Positions 37,699 through 49,900 of a stretch of 64,000 nt of DNA are shown here, in pieces. The position numbers and the translations under genes are program-made. Source of the DNA: Protoeuglena noctilucae (taxonomy: Eukaryota); NCBI GenBank assembly GCA_958009085.1, contig OY253689.1:248001-312000 (forward strand), written 5' to 3'. The notes under the pieces were generated by a model. That model was not told where the DNA came from and did not search any database. It saw nothing but the letters and a program-made list of their open reading frames with translations. Each line of letters opens with the position of its first letter. Within the stretch, counting starts at the first letter, position 1.

Positions 37699-39162
37699 TC
37701 ACGTCACGTCGGTCGTGTTACCGCGGCCCCAGTTGCGTATGGCGGCGCGCCCTTTTGCCCTGTGCTCCGCTATGGGCATGCGCTGCCGCACCGCGCTCGC
37801 AACGCTGAGGTCGATGTCGCATGTCTCCAGCCCGACCCTCTCAGGGCCCATGTCCACAACAACCCGGCCCCAGGGGTCTACCACCTGCGCACAAATCGAC
37901 ACAGCGAGGGCGATGGGCATCTAACAAAGTTTCGTGCAACTCCATGCGCAGTCGCGCCAAGAGCGACCATCGAGCTAAACAGGCGACCAACCCTGAACAG
38001 GCGACCTCCCTTAACGCGCATATCCGCTCACCATCGCGTGCCCGTGGCTCTCCCTCTTCTCGTTGTGCACCCCCGCCTGCGCAGCCGCCACCACCCAGCA
38101 CTGCGTCTCGATGGCACGCGCCCTGGAGACGAGGCAAAGCATGGGTGATGATTCGCTACACCTCAAACTCCACCGCCGCCCCTCTCCATTCATTCCGGCG
38201 TCTCCAGGGTGGTTGGGTGGTACCTACGAAAATGGCCTCATCAAATTCCTCTCTCACCGCAACAGCACCTCCCAGTGGGCCTGCCCCGTAGGCCGCGTGA
38301 ACGCGCTCGGCACCAGCAGCACCTGCGCCCCCATGTCGTGCGCAAGCGCCTGGTACACCTCCGGGAAGCGCAGGTCGTAACAAACCGTCAACCCGAGCAC
38401 CCCGGCGGGCGAGTCACACGTCACCAGCGCATCGCCGGGGGCGGTGGCCCTGCGTGGGCCGAGTTGCGGGGGAGCAGTCACGACGACCGTTCTAGAGAGC
38501 CGCTGGTGGCGGGCAGCCTGTGCGCTGTAACAACCCACTCGCCACTGCCACCCACACATCGCCGTTCCTGGTGCCACCCACTCGCCTGGACTCCATGAGC
38601 ACGGGCCCTGACGGCACATCGACGTCGAAGAGATGCACCTTCCTGTACGTAGCACGTATGGCGCCCTGGTCGTCCACGACCACGTGCGTGTTGTGCATGT
38701 GCTGCGGGTCGGGGCCCGTCTCCTGGAAGCCCCCGAGGCTCAGCCAGAGCTTATTACGGGCCGCCAAGTCCCTGTAGCGCGACATCAGGGGGCCGTCCAG
38801 GGGCTCGGCAATCGCTAAGCTCTCCTGCTGCGACCGGCCCAGGAACGAGAAGACCTCTGGCAAAAAGAGGATCCGACAGCCTCGAGAAACGCTCTCCTCC
38901 GCGAGCCTGCGGGCGGCGGAGAGCCTGCGATGCGCGCACACCGAGGCGGAGTGCCGTGCTGGCACGACAAGCACCATTGTGCATCGTCTCACCTTCGGAC
39001 ATTCTCAAAGTTCGCCTCCTTGTCGCCCGTGGACGTCAGCTGAGCCACCGCAATCCTGCACGCCGCCATCGGGCTCGTTGACGCATGGGCGGCGCGGGGC
39101 AAGCGCAGGGCTGCACTCCACAGCCCACGGGATGATGCTCTGCGCAAGAGACGATCGAGCAT
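37699..39162 (-). CDS. NIT1: Nitrilase-superfamily Nit1/NLP2 (deaminated glutathione amidase-like)
   Basis: Targeting peptide, RIAVAQLTS, catalytic-triad motifs [14 protein letters not shown] and VCYDLRFPE, then [26 protein letters not shown] and [12 protein letters not shown]. Confidence 0.94.
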
Positions 39163-39380
39163 GACGATTGGATGCCAACTGCCCGGCCAGGGGCCGGATC
39201 GGGAGCATGACGAGCGAGCAATCGCATGCGGCAGATGCTGACTTGGCTGTCAGGGCCTGAAACTCGGCGGTGATAAAAAAATCTGCCGATCATCAGACAT
39301 CCGCGATGTCTAGGTCCTTGCTGGTAGGCCTCTGCTCTGGTCCTTGCTACCAGGCCGCTGCTGTGAGACCGGACGCGACC

Positions 39381-42300
39381 ATGGCGGGCGAGGAAACGCC
39401 GCTCACGATTGCCGACTTGCACGACGACCTGCTCGCGCGCATATTCGAGCACGTTCCAGCGCTGGACCGCCGCGCGGTGCTTCCCCTCGTCTGTCCGCGG
39501 TGGAACGCAGCGCTTTCCCCGGCGTCGGGCCGCGTCGGCCTCTTCCGCGATGTCCACGTCGACTTTCGACTTCCCTGCGGTACCCGGCATCGCAGCGAGG
39601 AAGCTCAAAGGCAACTCGAGCCCTTCGGCGTCGAGAGCGTGCCCCCGAGCGCGGAACCAGCGATGGATGCGCAGGTGCTGGATACGCTCCTGAAGACCAT
39701 CGCATCCGACGGAATCCTATCGGCCCGTTCCTTCAAAGCCGCCGAGAACGATTGCCTCCTCGATCAGATCGCCTCCGGGAAGTCTTTGGTGCGTGGCGCA
39801 TCCGCGGCGAGGCCTGCTTGCCTGCATCCCTTGCACGCGCCCACGCTTGGCCCCGTTCTCATTCCGTAGGGACCACTTGACGAAGCGTGTGAGGACGACG
39901 CCGATTCATGTGACAGCCGTGAGGTGGCCGCGGAGGAGCCCGCGCCTGGGCAGACCGACGCACAACTGATGACGCGGTGGCTGGCGGTGAGGCGAACGAC
40001 GTGGTCGTGCAGTGGCACTTCAGTGCGTCAGCGCTGTCTCTCAGCACCGCACGTCGCTGCGTCTATGCGTTCAGGAGCGCGGGCAGTGGGTGGAATCCCT
40101 CACAATCGAAAACGGGGAGGTGACATGGAGGAAGAAGCCACGACAGTCGCACGACCTCACGAGCGCCCAGCTGGCGCCTCTGAGCTCCCTGCGCGGGGCG
40201 GGCGTGGTTTCGGAGGACTCGGCATCGTCAGACGATGTCTCAGACAGCGATTACGGAGTATGGGACCCCGACGCAGGTGGGAGTGACTGACTACCCCCTT
40301 TTAGCAGCAACCGTGCTGCTGCCCTGTTGCCCTGCCCCTGACCCTCCGTGCTGTGGCCTTCCCTCATGTTTGCACAGTCCCCTGCGACCCTCTTTGCTGT
40401 CCACCAAGTCTCTGCCTACCACCCACGGCTGCCCTTGCCACCCCTCCCTCCACACCCTGTGCTGCGCTCACCACCCCACCTCCGACGGGCCCTCCCTTTG
40501 CTCCCGCAGAGTCCTTCCCGACCCACACCTTCGACCAGCGCGGCTTCTCGGACCTCTTCCCGCTCCTGCCGCGGCTCATCGACCTCCGCATCTACCGCTG
40601 CGCCCCCACCATGACATCGGGGGCGTTCCCCGGCCTGGCCTGCCTCACGGGCCTTACGAGACTCGAGGTCCACGGCCTCTCCGGTCCCATCTACCCTCCC
40701 CACCTCCACTTCCTCTCCACCCTCCGCACACTTCGCCACCTCGCCCTCACCACCACCCCAGAGGACGCCCCTGACGTCGACGACGACATGGGACTGACTG
40801 ACTTCCCCACGGTACTCCTCGCCGCCACGCAACTCGAGTACCTCAACCTCTCCGGCAACACCCTCCTCGTCTACCTCCCGCCGGACATATCGACGCTCGT
40901 CAACTTGCGCGAGCTGGTCGTGCAGGACACGAGCCTCATGGCGCAGCGGGAGCTGGGGCAGCTGCCGGCGCTCACGCGACTGGACATGCAGATCAACGTG
41001 TTGGCGGGCGAGACAGTCGCGGAGGACTTCTACGGGGACGTCGAGGAGCTGGGGACCGGGCTGGGGCAGTACCGCAGCCGGCGGGTGCTGGCTGCGGTGC
41101 AGGGGGCGGTGGCGGGCGCTGGGTTCGCCGCGGGGGAGGGCTTGAGATTCGGGACGGCGACCGGTGGGGGTGCGCGTGGCAGTGATCGTGCTTCGGCGGA
41201 CGATGCGATGTGGAAGGACCTCGCGAGCGTCGCGGATTCCGCGTGCCACGACGCGCTGTCCTCCCTGGGCCTTTCCTCTCTGGATGACCTCAACCTCACC
41301 TTCCCCGTGCTCCGTGCCGTCCGTGACCTGAACCTGGCATCCTGCAGCTTCTCTGTGCTGCCCGTCCACCTCGCCACCTTCTCGAGCCTCGTGTCTTTGT
41401 CCCTACGCTCCAATAACATTGGTGGCCTGCCCCGCCCCTTCTCGTCTGGGGCATTCCTCGGTGAGCGGGGTGCTGACTGCGGCAGTGTGCGGGGCATGGT
41501 GCTGGACAGGGTGGGATAGGGATGGGATGCCGACTGCAGCTTTGACAGCGGAGCTAGCTGTGGTGCTGACCATGTCGGATTTTTCACCTCACAGCCCACC
41601 CGTCTTGCATTCTCGACGCAGCGCTGACCCGCGCTCGTCCCTTTTGTCGCCGCAGATGCCCCGCCGCAGCACCTGTCCTTGGATTGGATCGGCAAGTCCC
41701 CGTCGCAGTTCCTGGTCTTTGCCAGAGACCTTTACGCATACTGGCATGGCTGGGAGCTTGGTGGTGAGGAGAGTGAATTGCAGGGGACCAGGCAGGCGCA
41801 GGGCTCAGGGGACGGTGCAGACGATGATTGGGGGGGCGAGCCTCGACCGTGGCTGCACCTGGGGGCTGCCGATTCTGGGGACGACCTCGGGTGAGATGCA
41901 TATTTGCTATTACAGCTTGTAATAGCAGCAAGTTGGCATATGTCTTCTCCATAAGACGCCCGCTCGACGAGCTTTCTTTATCCTTTGGCCGGCAAAGCTC
42001 CACACGCGCCCCGCCTCCCCTTCCTTCTCCCCCCGCAGCCTCGCTCTTTCCTGGCGGGCTTACCTCAGCCAGTCCCTACCCCTCGTTCCCGCCCTGCTTC
42101 CGCACTTGGAGTTCCTCGATGTTAGCAACAACTTGCTCTGCGTCATCCCCGACTCCCTCCTGGGGTTCCCCAACCTCAAACACCTCGACCTGTCCTACAA
42201 CATACTCCAGGTAAGGGGCGAAGCAGCCGAATGCCACGTCTGGATGATGAGGATGCGGGATGGGCGTTTAAGCACGACGCACGACGCTGGTCGCCCACGC

Positions 42301-42719
42301 ATTGCCCAGCGCTGCTCTGCAGGCAAACTGGTAGCCCTCAACAGCCCCCCCGTCGCGTGTCGCAATTCCCAAGTGCCTCATCTGCTTCCCCGCAGGTCCT
42401 GCATCCCGGCGTTCTGGCTGCCAACCCATCGATCGAGGCGCTGCACTTGCGGGGCAACCCCTCCCTGGGGCCCTCGCTGGCTGCGGACGGCATCCTTGGC
42501 GTGGCGCTCGCGGCCGCAGCCAAGGCTAGAAGCGCTGGTCCCGCAGGGGCCGAGGGAGAGGGAGAGTCGGGGCCGAGGGGGCTGCGTTACTGCGAAGCTA
42601 GCGGAGCGGTGCTGGCGGGGCCGCCGGGCACGCGGGAGGAGTGGGGAGTGTCGGATCTGGAGGCGCTGGTCCGGCATAAGGCGGCCGGGTTGCGTGAGCT
42701 CGAGTCTCAGGTTAGATGA
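39381..42719 (+). CDS. F-box/leucine-rich-repeat protein
   Basis: N-terminal F-box LHDDLLARIFEHV...LPLVCPRWNA and LRRs (LEYLNLSGNT, LNLASCSFSVLP, LSLRSNNIGGLP, LDVSNNLLCVIP, LDLSYNIL, LHLRGNP). Confidence 0.88.
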
Positions 42720-43048
42720 TCCAGTTGTTTCTGATGTCATGCAAATCCGCCAATGCTGAGCTGTGCGCGTCCAATAGCCTCGCGCACCTCGATGCGACAG
42801 TGTGAATGAACAAGCTGCTTCCAAATCCGCGCAAGCTCAATCTGTAGCTTCACTGCATCGCTCTTCCTGGTGAGGTGCATGCGGGTGGGGCACCCTGGCG
42901 CTTCGGTGGGCGCTTCGGACCAAGAGACCCTTGCGATCATGTATATGTCAACGCATGATCCCGCAGCGGGCGTCCCAACTGGCATCGCTCGCGTGAGAGC
43001 GCTCCAGCACTATCGTGCTCTTTGTGCTCCACAGCCCCGGATCGCGCG

Positions 43049-46000
43049 ATGGACGCAATGAGTGAGGCGCAGACTGGCTGGTCCGACAACCGGCTCATCC
43101 TTGACAAAGACGAGGAGGATCGCGCGCCGCTGGAGCTGCAGGGGCATGATGTCGACCCGGCATCGCCCCCTGGATCGCCTCCCGAGCTCGACCTCGACCC
43201 CGCCCCCGCTGAAATCGTTGGAGATTTCGCAGGTCATGCGGAAGAGCTTCGTGACGTCAAGGATGAACCCGTTACGCCCCCGGACAGCCAGGCGAGCCGG
43301 GGGAGCACAGTTCGCAACAGATGTCAACCCAGCGTGGACGATAAGAAAATCCGCGCTCATTTGCGGTCCATCGCCCCGACTGCGCCACGCAGGTCTGGAC
43401 GGAGAAGCAGGTGCAGGAGGCCATCACGGCGGCGCAGGGCCGCACCGGGGATGACGCAGTGATCATCGACCTCGGGGGCGCGGAGGTCACGATCACGTCG
43501 CCCTGGCTGACGGTGAAGGGCAACACGAAGCTGACCCTGCGCAACGGCGCGCTGGTGGGCGAGAACGGGGGAGACGTGTTACGGGCCATCGGGGCCGGCG
43601 TGGTCTTGACGTTCGAGAGGCTGCGTGTGGAAGGCACCGTATCCGTCACGCGTCAGGCGAAGGCGCGCATGGTGGACGTGACGATCACCAGGAGCAAGGG
43701 GAGGGGCCTTTACATGTTCCACGGTGCGGATGTCGATCTGGAGGGCGTCGTCATCACGGGCTGCAAGCGCGGGCTGTTCGTGGGGGAGAGCAGCGTGGTG
43801 CGGGTGCGGGGCGGCAGGATCGCGGGGTGCGAGGAGGGAGGGGTTCACGCGACGAAGAAGGGCCGGGTGGAGCTGGAGCGGGTGGAGCTGGACGGGGGGC
43901 CCGGTGCCGTGCTGGCAGATGAGCAGGGCGTGGTGGTGAGGGACGGGGTGGTCGTTGCCGACGAAGCCCTTGTCAGGGATCCCGCGCCGCCGGCAGCGCC
44001 TCCTGTGCCGACCGGTGACGAAAGCGGAGGGGTGGCGCCTGGTGAAGGGGCCCCAGTGGCGATGACCTATCCCATCCCACCCCCGCCACCGCCTGTGTAC
44101 AAGCCCATCCCCACGCCCCCGCGCGCACCCAAGCCTGCGCCCGGTCGCGGACCCTCCCGTGCACCCACCAAGGTGAGCTTGAGGCCCTGACAGGCGGCGT
44201 CGACATGCTGTCACGTGGGGCGCATGCATAGAGGACTCACTTGCCCATCCAGGGGCGACGATGTATAAGATGCCATCCGTGCATTACTGATCTGCAGGCC
44301 TCCAGCAGCCGCGGCACGCGGCAGCCGTGGACGGAGCAGCAGCTGCGCGAAGCTGTGGATGCCGCGCAGGGCCGGACTGGGGACCCCGCTGCGACCGTGA
44401 TTGATTTGGGGGGCTCGGAGGTGACGGTGACACCCACTTCCGGGTGGGTGTCTGTGAAGGGCAGCCTGACGCTGCGGAACGGCACGCTGGCGGGCGGGCT
44501 GGGAGAGGTGCTGCGGGCGAGCGGGGCGGGAGTGGTGGTGGCGCTCGAAAGGCTGCAAGTGACGGGGGGCCGCGTGTCGGTGTGGCACGGCGCCAAGGCG
44601 CGCATGGCCGACGTGACCATCACGAAGAGCAGGAGCGTGGGGTTGCACGTGTTTGGGGGCGCGGAAGCCGACATGGACCGCGTCGTCATCACCGAATGCA
44701 CCAAGCGCGGGTTGCGGGTCCAAGACGCGGGCAGCGTGGCACGGGTGCGGGGCGGCAGGATCGCCCAGTGCGGGGAGGGAGGGGTGTGCGCGGAGAAGGG
44801 AGGCCGGGTGGAGCTGAACCAGGTGGGCGGGGTGGGCAGTGGGGCGCCGGACGTGGAGGCCGACGAGCAGAGCGTGATCAAAAGAGACGGGAAGGTCGTC
44901 GCCGGCAAAGGCGCGGGCTCTAAGGCGGCCAAGGGCGCCGCCAGGGACGGAACGACGGCTCCTGGGAAGACTGGAACTCCCAGTCAAGTCCAGGGCCCCG
45001 TGTCCGGCGCCTGGCTCACGAAGGATTTCTACAAGTACGCGGCGGGGGCGGCCCTGGTGGCCGTGCTGCTGCCCCTGGCGATGGTGGTGCTGCGGTAGCT
45101 CACACCCCGTGCCGGCCACGTTTGCCCCAAAGGGTACTGGCATGACGGTGAGCAGTGCGGGTACACGGCCTGCTGTGAGTCGTGGGCAAGGGTGGTGGCA
45201 CAACCTGGACAGTCTCGACGACTGTGGCCCACTCGCACTATACGCTGGGGCTCTGCAGTGGAAAGCAGCCCGCTGCCGCCCTCACAGGGTCATCGTGCGT
45301 GGACGTGAACGAGTGCGTGGTGGACGGGCACGCGTGCGGGAGCGGCGGCACGTGCGTCAACCAGCCGGGGAGCTACACGTGCGCGTGCTTGCCGGGGTAT
45401 CGCCTCACGGTCCTCGACGGCCGGGCCACGTGCGAGGACATCGATGAGTGCCGGGAGATACCCACCGCGTGCGCCAAGGGACACTGCTGCGCCAACTCCC
45501 CAGGGAGCTACCAGTGCTACGGAGGGGAGGTGTGTATTGCATCGGTGCTTTCTGTCGAGAGTCACAGACACCCTTGTGACTGCACCTTGTTAGCTGGTAA
45601 CGGGCCCAGCTTGCGAGTGGCTGCAGGTCTTTTAGTGCACCTTATCCACTGCACTCGCCCCCGCAGACCCCCCTGGCCCTGGGCGAGCAGGGGATGGCCG
45701 TGTTGGCAATCGCCTTCACCTCCGATGGGCGGCGCGTGGCGGCGGGGTCGCACGACGGCTCGGTGCATGTCTGGGACACCTGGACTGGCATGCCAGCGAT
45801 GTCCATGACCAAGCACTCGTCCCCTGTAGCAGCTCTGGCCTTCGCGCCGGCCGGGGACCTGCTGGCGACCGCCGGGCAGGACCGTGTGATGCTGTGGGAC
45901 GTGGGCGCTGCCGGGGGCAAGCCGCGCCGCACGCTGGCAGGGCAGGGCGGCACGGTGTCCTCGGTGGCCTTCTCTGCGGACGGCTCGATGCTCGCGGGGG

Positions 46001-46563
46001 CCGGGGAGGACGGCATTCGCGTGTGGGACGTGGCCAGCGGGGCGCTGCTGCGCACGATGGCGGGCAGCGGACCTGGCGTCCTGTCTGTCGCCTTTGAGCC
46101 CAAGGGGACGTGGCTGGCAGCCGCCTCGCGCGACCACACCGTGCGGCTGTGGGACGCGGCTGAGGGGTCGCACGTCCGCACGCTCTACGGCCTCTCGGGC
46201 AACGCCCTGTCGGTGGCGTTTGACGGCCAGCGGGTGGCGGCGGGCGCCGGCGACGGCTCTGTCGGCGTCTGGGACGCTTCCATCGGCGAGCGCCTGCTGT
46301 ATCTGACCGGCCACGCCAAGCTCGTCAACTCCGTGTCACTCTCGGCCGACGGCAGCCGCCTCATGACGGTGTCCGCGTCTGACAGGGTCGTGATGTGGGA
46401 CGCCAAGACCGGCGACCGCCTGGGGACCGTGGGGCCGAGGCCCAAGAAGACGCTCACGACAGCCGTGCTGTCCCCTAGCGGAACCCACCTGGCCAGCGGG
46501 TCCGTGGAGGCGGCTGTGGAGCTGTGGTGCGTCGCATCGCTGCCGCCAGGTGGCAAACCGTGA
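43049..46563 (+). CDS. Chimeric protein: two right-handed beta-helix domains, TM helix, in-frame TAG, Ca-binding EGF-like repeats, about 7 WD40 repeats
   Basis: Exons about 43049-43291, 43393-44172, 44298-45147, 45288-45529 and 45667-46563 are phase-compatible. Motifs: duplicated beta-helix (ITGCKRGLFV...GGRIAGCEEGGV), TM AAGAALVAVLLPLAMVVL, CVDVNEC...CVNQPGSYTC and CEDIDEC, WD repeats (GSHDGSVHVWD, ASRDHTVRLWD). Single TAG at 45096-45098. Confidence 0.75.
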
Positions 46564-46997
46564 TGGCAGTACCGAGATGGGTGGACGTGGCGGGCGCTGG
46601 AGAGGGGCTGGGTGCTGCGGCGTGGTACTAGGTGGGCATTTCAACAGCCCAGGTCCCTGTTTGCGATTTCTGTTTCCACGGCTAACATTATGCTCGCCGT
46701 GTCAGATACCATTCCATGCCTTCTATTCCATGCATGAGCCACGCTTCATCGTGCCAATCATTCAATAACGACGTCGTCCAGACAGAAGCTGACCGAGTCT
46801 CCAGGTGTCTCAGACAGAAACTGGAACGTGATCTTGTTGGGGATGACGGTGGCATTGCACCGGAAGGACGACATTGGCAGCGCGTACCTGCAGCAAGTGA
46901 GCAACTGGTGGCTGTGTCTGTATTCCCACCAGCTCCACACTCGCGTCGCCCACTCCTCTCACACACTAGCCCCACGCTCGCCTGGTCCAGTCCCCGG

Positions 46998-49900
46998 ATG
47001 TCGCGTTTGCCGGCACACCGCTCAGCACCGGAGCCTCGTCGCAGCCGCGGTCGGCCACGTGCGCACGTCACGAATCGCATTCACCGCCCATCAATCGCCA
47101 ATCGCTGGAATCGAAGTCGAGGCCTCGCTCCCTCTCTCTGACGTTTCGCGCCCCATCTCTCTGACGTTTCGCGCCCCCCCCCCCTCTCTGACGTTTCATC
47201 GTCCCATTGCGTCCGCAGCTGGTGGCGCAGATGCGCGACTGCTGGGTTGGCGTGGGGAAGGAGGCACAGCAACGCTATTACGAGAAGGTGAGCGGGGTGG
47301 CAAGTGGGAATAGGGGTGGGTGGCAAGTGGGAATAGCAACGCTGGTACTTCCCAGAAAGGTGACGCAGTTGTGGTGGCAGTGGTGGTGGCCAGTATGAGC
47401 AAGTGGGAATGGCAAGGCAATCATCTATATTATACATTATCGAGAGCAATTGGGAATCGCAACGCGATAATCTATTATCTATCATGGAAATGTGTGCCTA
47501 CTCGCACCCCACCATCCCATCTCCGTCCCGCACCAGCCCTGCCTGCAACAACATCTTCGATTACATTTTACAGTATCTACATCAATTATTATTATAATAG
47601 TTATAACACTTTCATCTCACCCCTCTCCCCCCAGTCCCGTACCCTCCTGCCCCGCAACGAGATGCTCCATTTCATGTAATAGATGTAACACACAAATTTA
47701 AACACCCCTCCCCCCCCCGCAACGAGATGCTCCATTTCATGTAATAGATGTAACACACACATTTAAACACCCCTCCCCCCTCCCCCAGTCCCGCACCCTC
47801 CCCCCCGCAACGAGATGCTCCATTTCATATAAGATATGTAACACACAACTTAAAACACCCCTCCCCCCTCCCCCCCAGTCCCGCACCCTCCTCCCCCGCA
47901 ACGAGATGCTGGTGGCGGTTTTCTCCTGGCTCATGGCAGTACAGGCGGGCGAAGAGTGGGAGGAGCACTCGCGGCTGTCTGACGAAAACAAGACGCGCAT
48001 TCTGGCAGAGCTGATGCAGATGGATGGGGTGTTTGCGGAGTGGGAACCAAAGAGACCGGCGGAAACGGAGAAAGAGGTGAGGGGGGGTGGGTGGGTATTA
48101 TTGAGGGGTGGTATTATTGTGTGCGGTGTGTGATGTGGGGTGAGGGGGGGTTATAGGGGTGGTGTGTGTGGTGTGGGATGTGGGGGGGGGGTTACAAGGG
48201 TGGTGTGTGTGGTGTGTGATGTGGGGTGAGGGGGGAGTGGGGTGTGAGAGGGAGTTGAGGGGGTGGCGAGGGTGGTTGGGATAGGGTTGATTGGGAGGAG
48301 CGTGGGATGGGCTGTGGGGCAACCATGACCGCCACTGTCATCACCACATCAGCATATGAGCATATCGTGGTTGGCACGATGACGTGGTTGTTTTGATACT
48401 CGTGGTTGGCACGATGACGTGGTTGGTATGATGACGTGCTTGGTACGATTGAGTGCTTGGCACGATAACGTGGTTGGTATGATGACGTGGTTGGTGCGAT
48501 ACCGTGGTTGGTTGGATTACGTGGTTGGCACGATTTCCACCCGACTTCGCCCGACGCAACGCCCTCCTTTACTGCAGGGGAGTGGGGAGATCGCAGAGTG
48601 GGGTCACGAGTTCGACAGGATGGGATTCCGCACCCTATCCCGGGTGGTGAGTCGGTGGATGGCGAATTCGACGCTTTTTACGGTGGAAATATTTACATAT
48701 TCATATTTTATGGTATAAATATGCCCGTATATGCTGGATATACTACCATGTATGTACGACGATATCGTCATGAATCGCCCTTACCTGAATTAACCGTACC
48801 ATGTATTACAATACTCTCCTTGGCCTCCTTTCTTTGCGACAGTCCACGTGATGCGTCCGCGCCAGTCATGACGACACGTGACAGGATGATACGTGACCCT
48901 ACCCCATAACAGCCCTACCCCATAATAATATAATATAACATAAATGATAATAATAAGAATAATATAATATAACATAACATAATAAATAACAATTATAACA
49001 GCAACCCTACCCACCCATTTGAACCAGACAGCTCTCCACCCCCGCAGATCGAGTCCCTTCTGTCAGCCAACGTCCCCATTCCAGGGCTTTCCCCTCACGC
49101 CCAGCGGACGGTGGCGGGGGTGGTGAAGGCGTGGCTGGCGTCGCCGTTTGAAATCGTCGCAGCTCTGGATGAGCTGAGGGAGGGGGGGTGGGGGAAGCCA
49201 GTCAAGCGGGTGAGGGGTTGGGGTTTGGGAGTTTGTGTTGGGATGGGGGTGAATGGGGGGGGTGGGAAGCCAGTCAAGCGGGTGAGGGGTTGGGGTGTGT
49301 GTTTGTTGGGGTGGGGGGGGATGCCAGTCAAGCGGGTGAGGGGTGGGGGTGTGTGTTTGTTGGGGTGGGGGTGAATGGGGGGGGCGATAGGTGTGCATGT
49401 GTGTGAATGTGTGTGGTGCAAGAATGGGAAAGTTGATCAAGAGGGGTTGTGTGTGTATGTATCAGGGGGTTGTGAGGGTGGGTTGGGGTGGTTGGGGTGG
49501 TGGGTGGGTGTGAATGCGTGTCGTTCAACTCTCGGGTTATTTTCTATCACTTCGTATGCTTGCCTCGCATGCTCGCCTCATATGCTTGCCTCGCATGATC
49601 ACCTCATATGCTTGCCTCATGTGCTTGCCTCGTATGATCACCTCGCATGATCACCTCCTATCATCACTTCATATGCTTGCCTCGCATGATCACCTCAGTC
49701 GACCTCCTCTTTTCGCAGAGAGTGGCGGATGCGCTGCGCAATTGGGCGGCGTTTAGCGAGGGAGCCAAGGAGCAGCAGCTAAAGAAGGCGAGAGAGACAA
49801 TAGCAATACTATAGTACTACTGTCTGACTGACTGCCATTCCTAATAAAAAAATCATAACACGAAAAATTCCTAATACGTCGCTGACTGACTGCGGTGATT

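Noticed and set aside
45096..45098. Genome-wide UAG/UAA reassignment (as in some ulvophytes) as an explanation for the in-frame TAG
   Set aside because: TAA and TAG appear to be true terminators elsewhere (RPL34 TAA at 20495, LCIB TAA, TAG at 3093 and 32652), and the long conserved exons contain no internal TAG or TAA.
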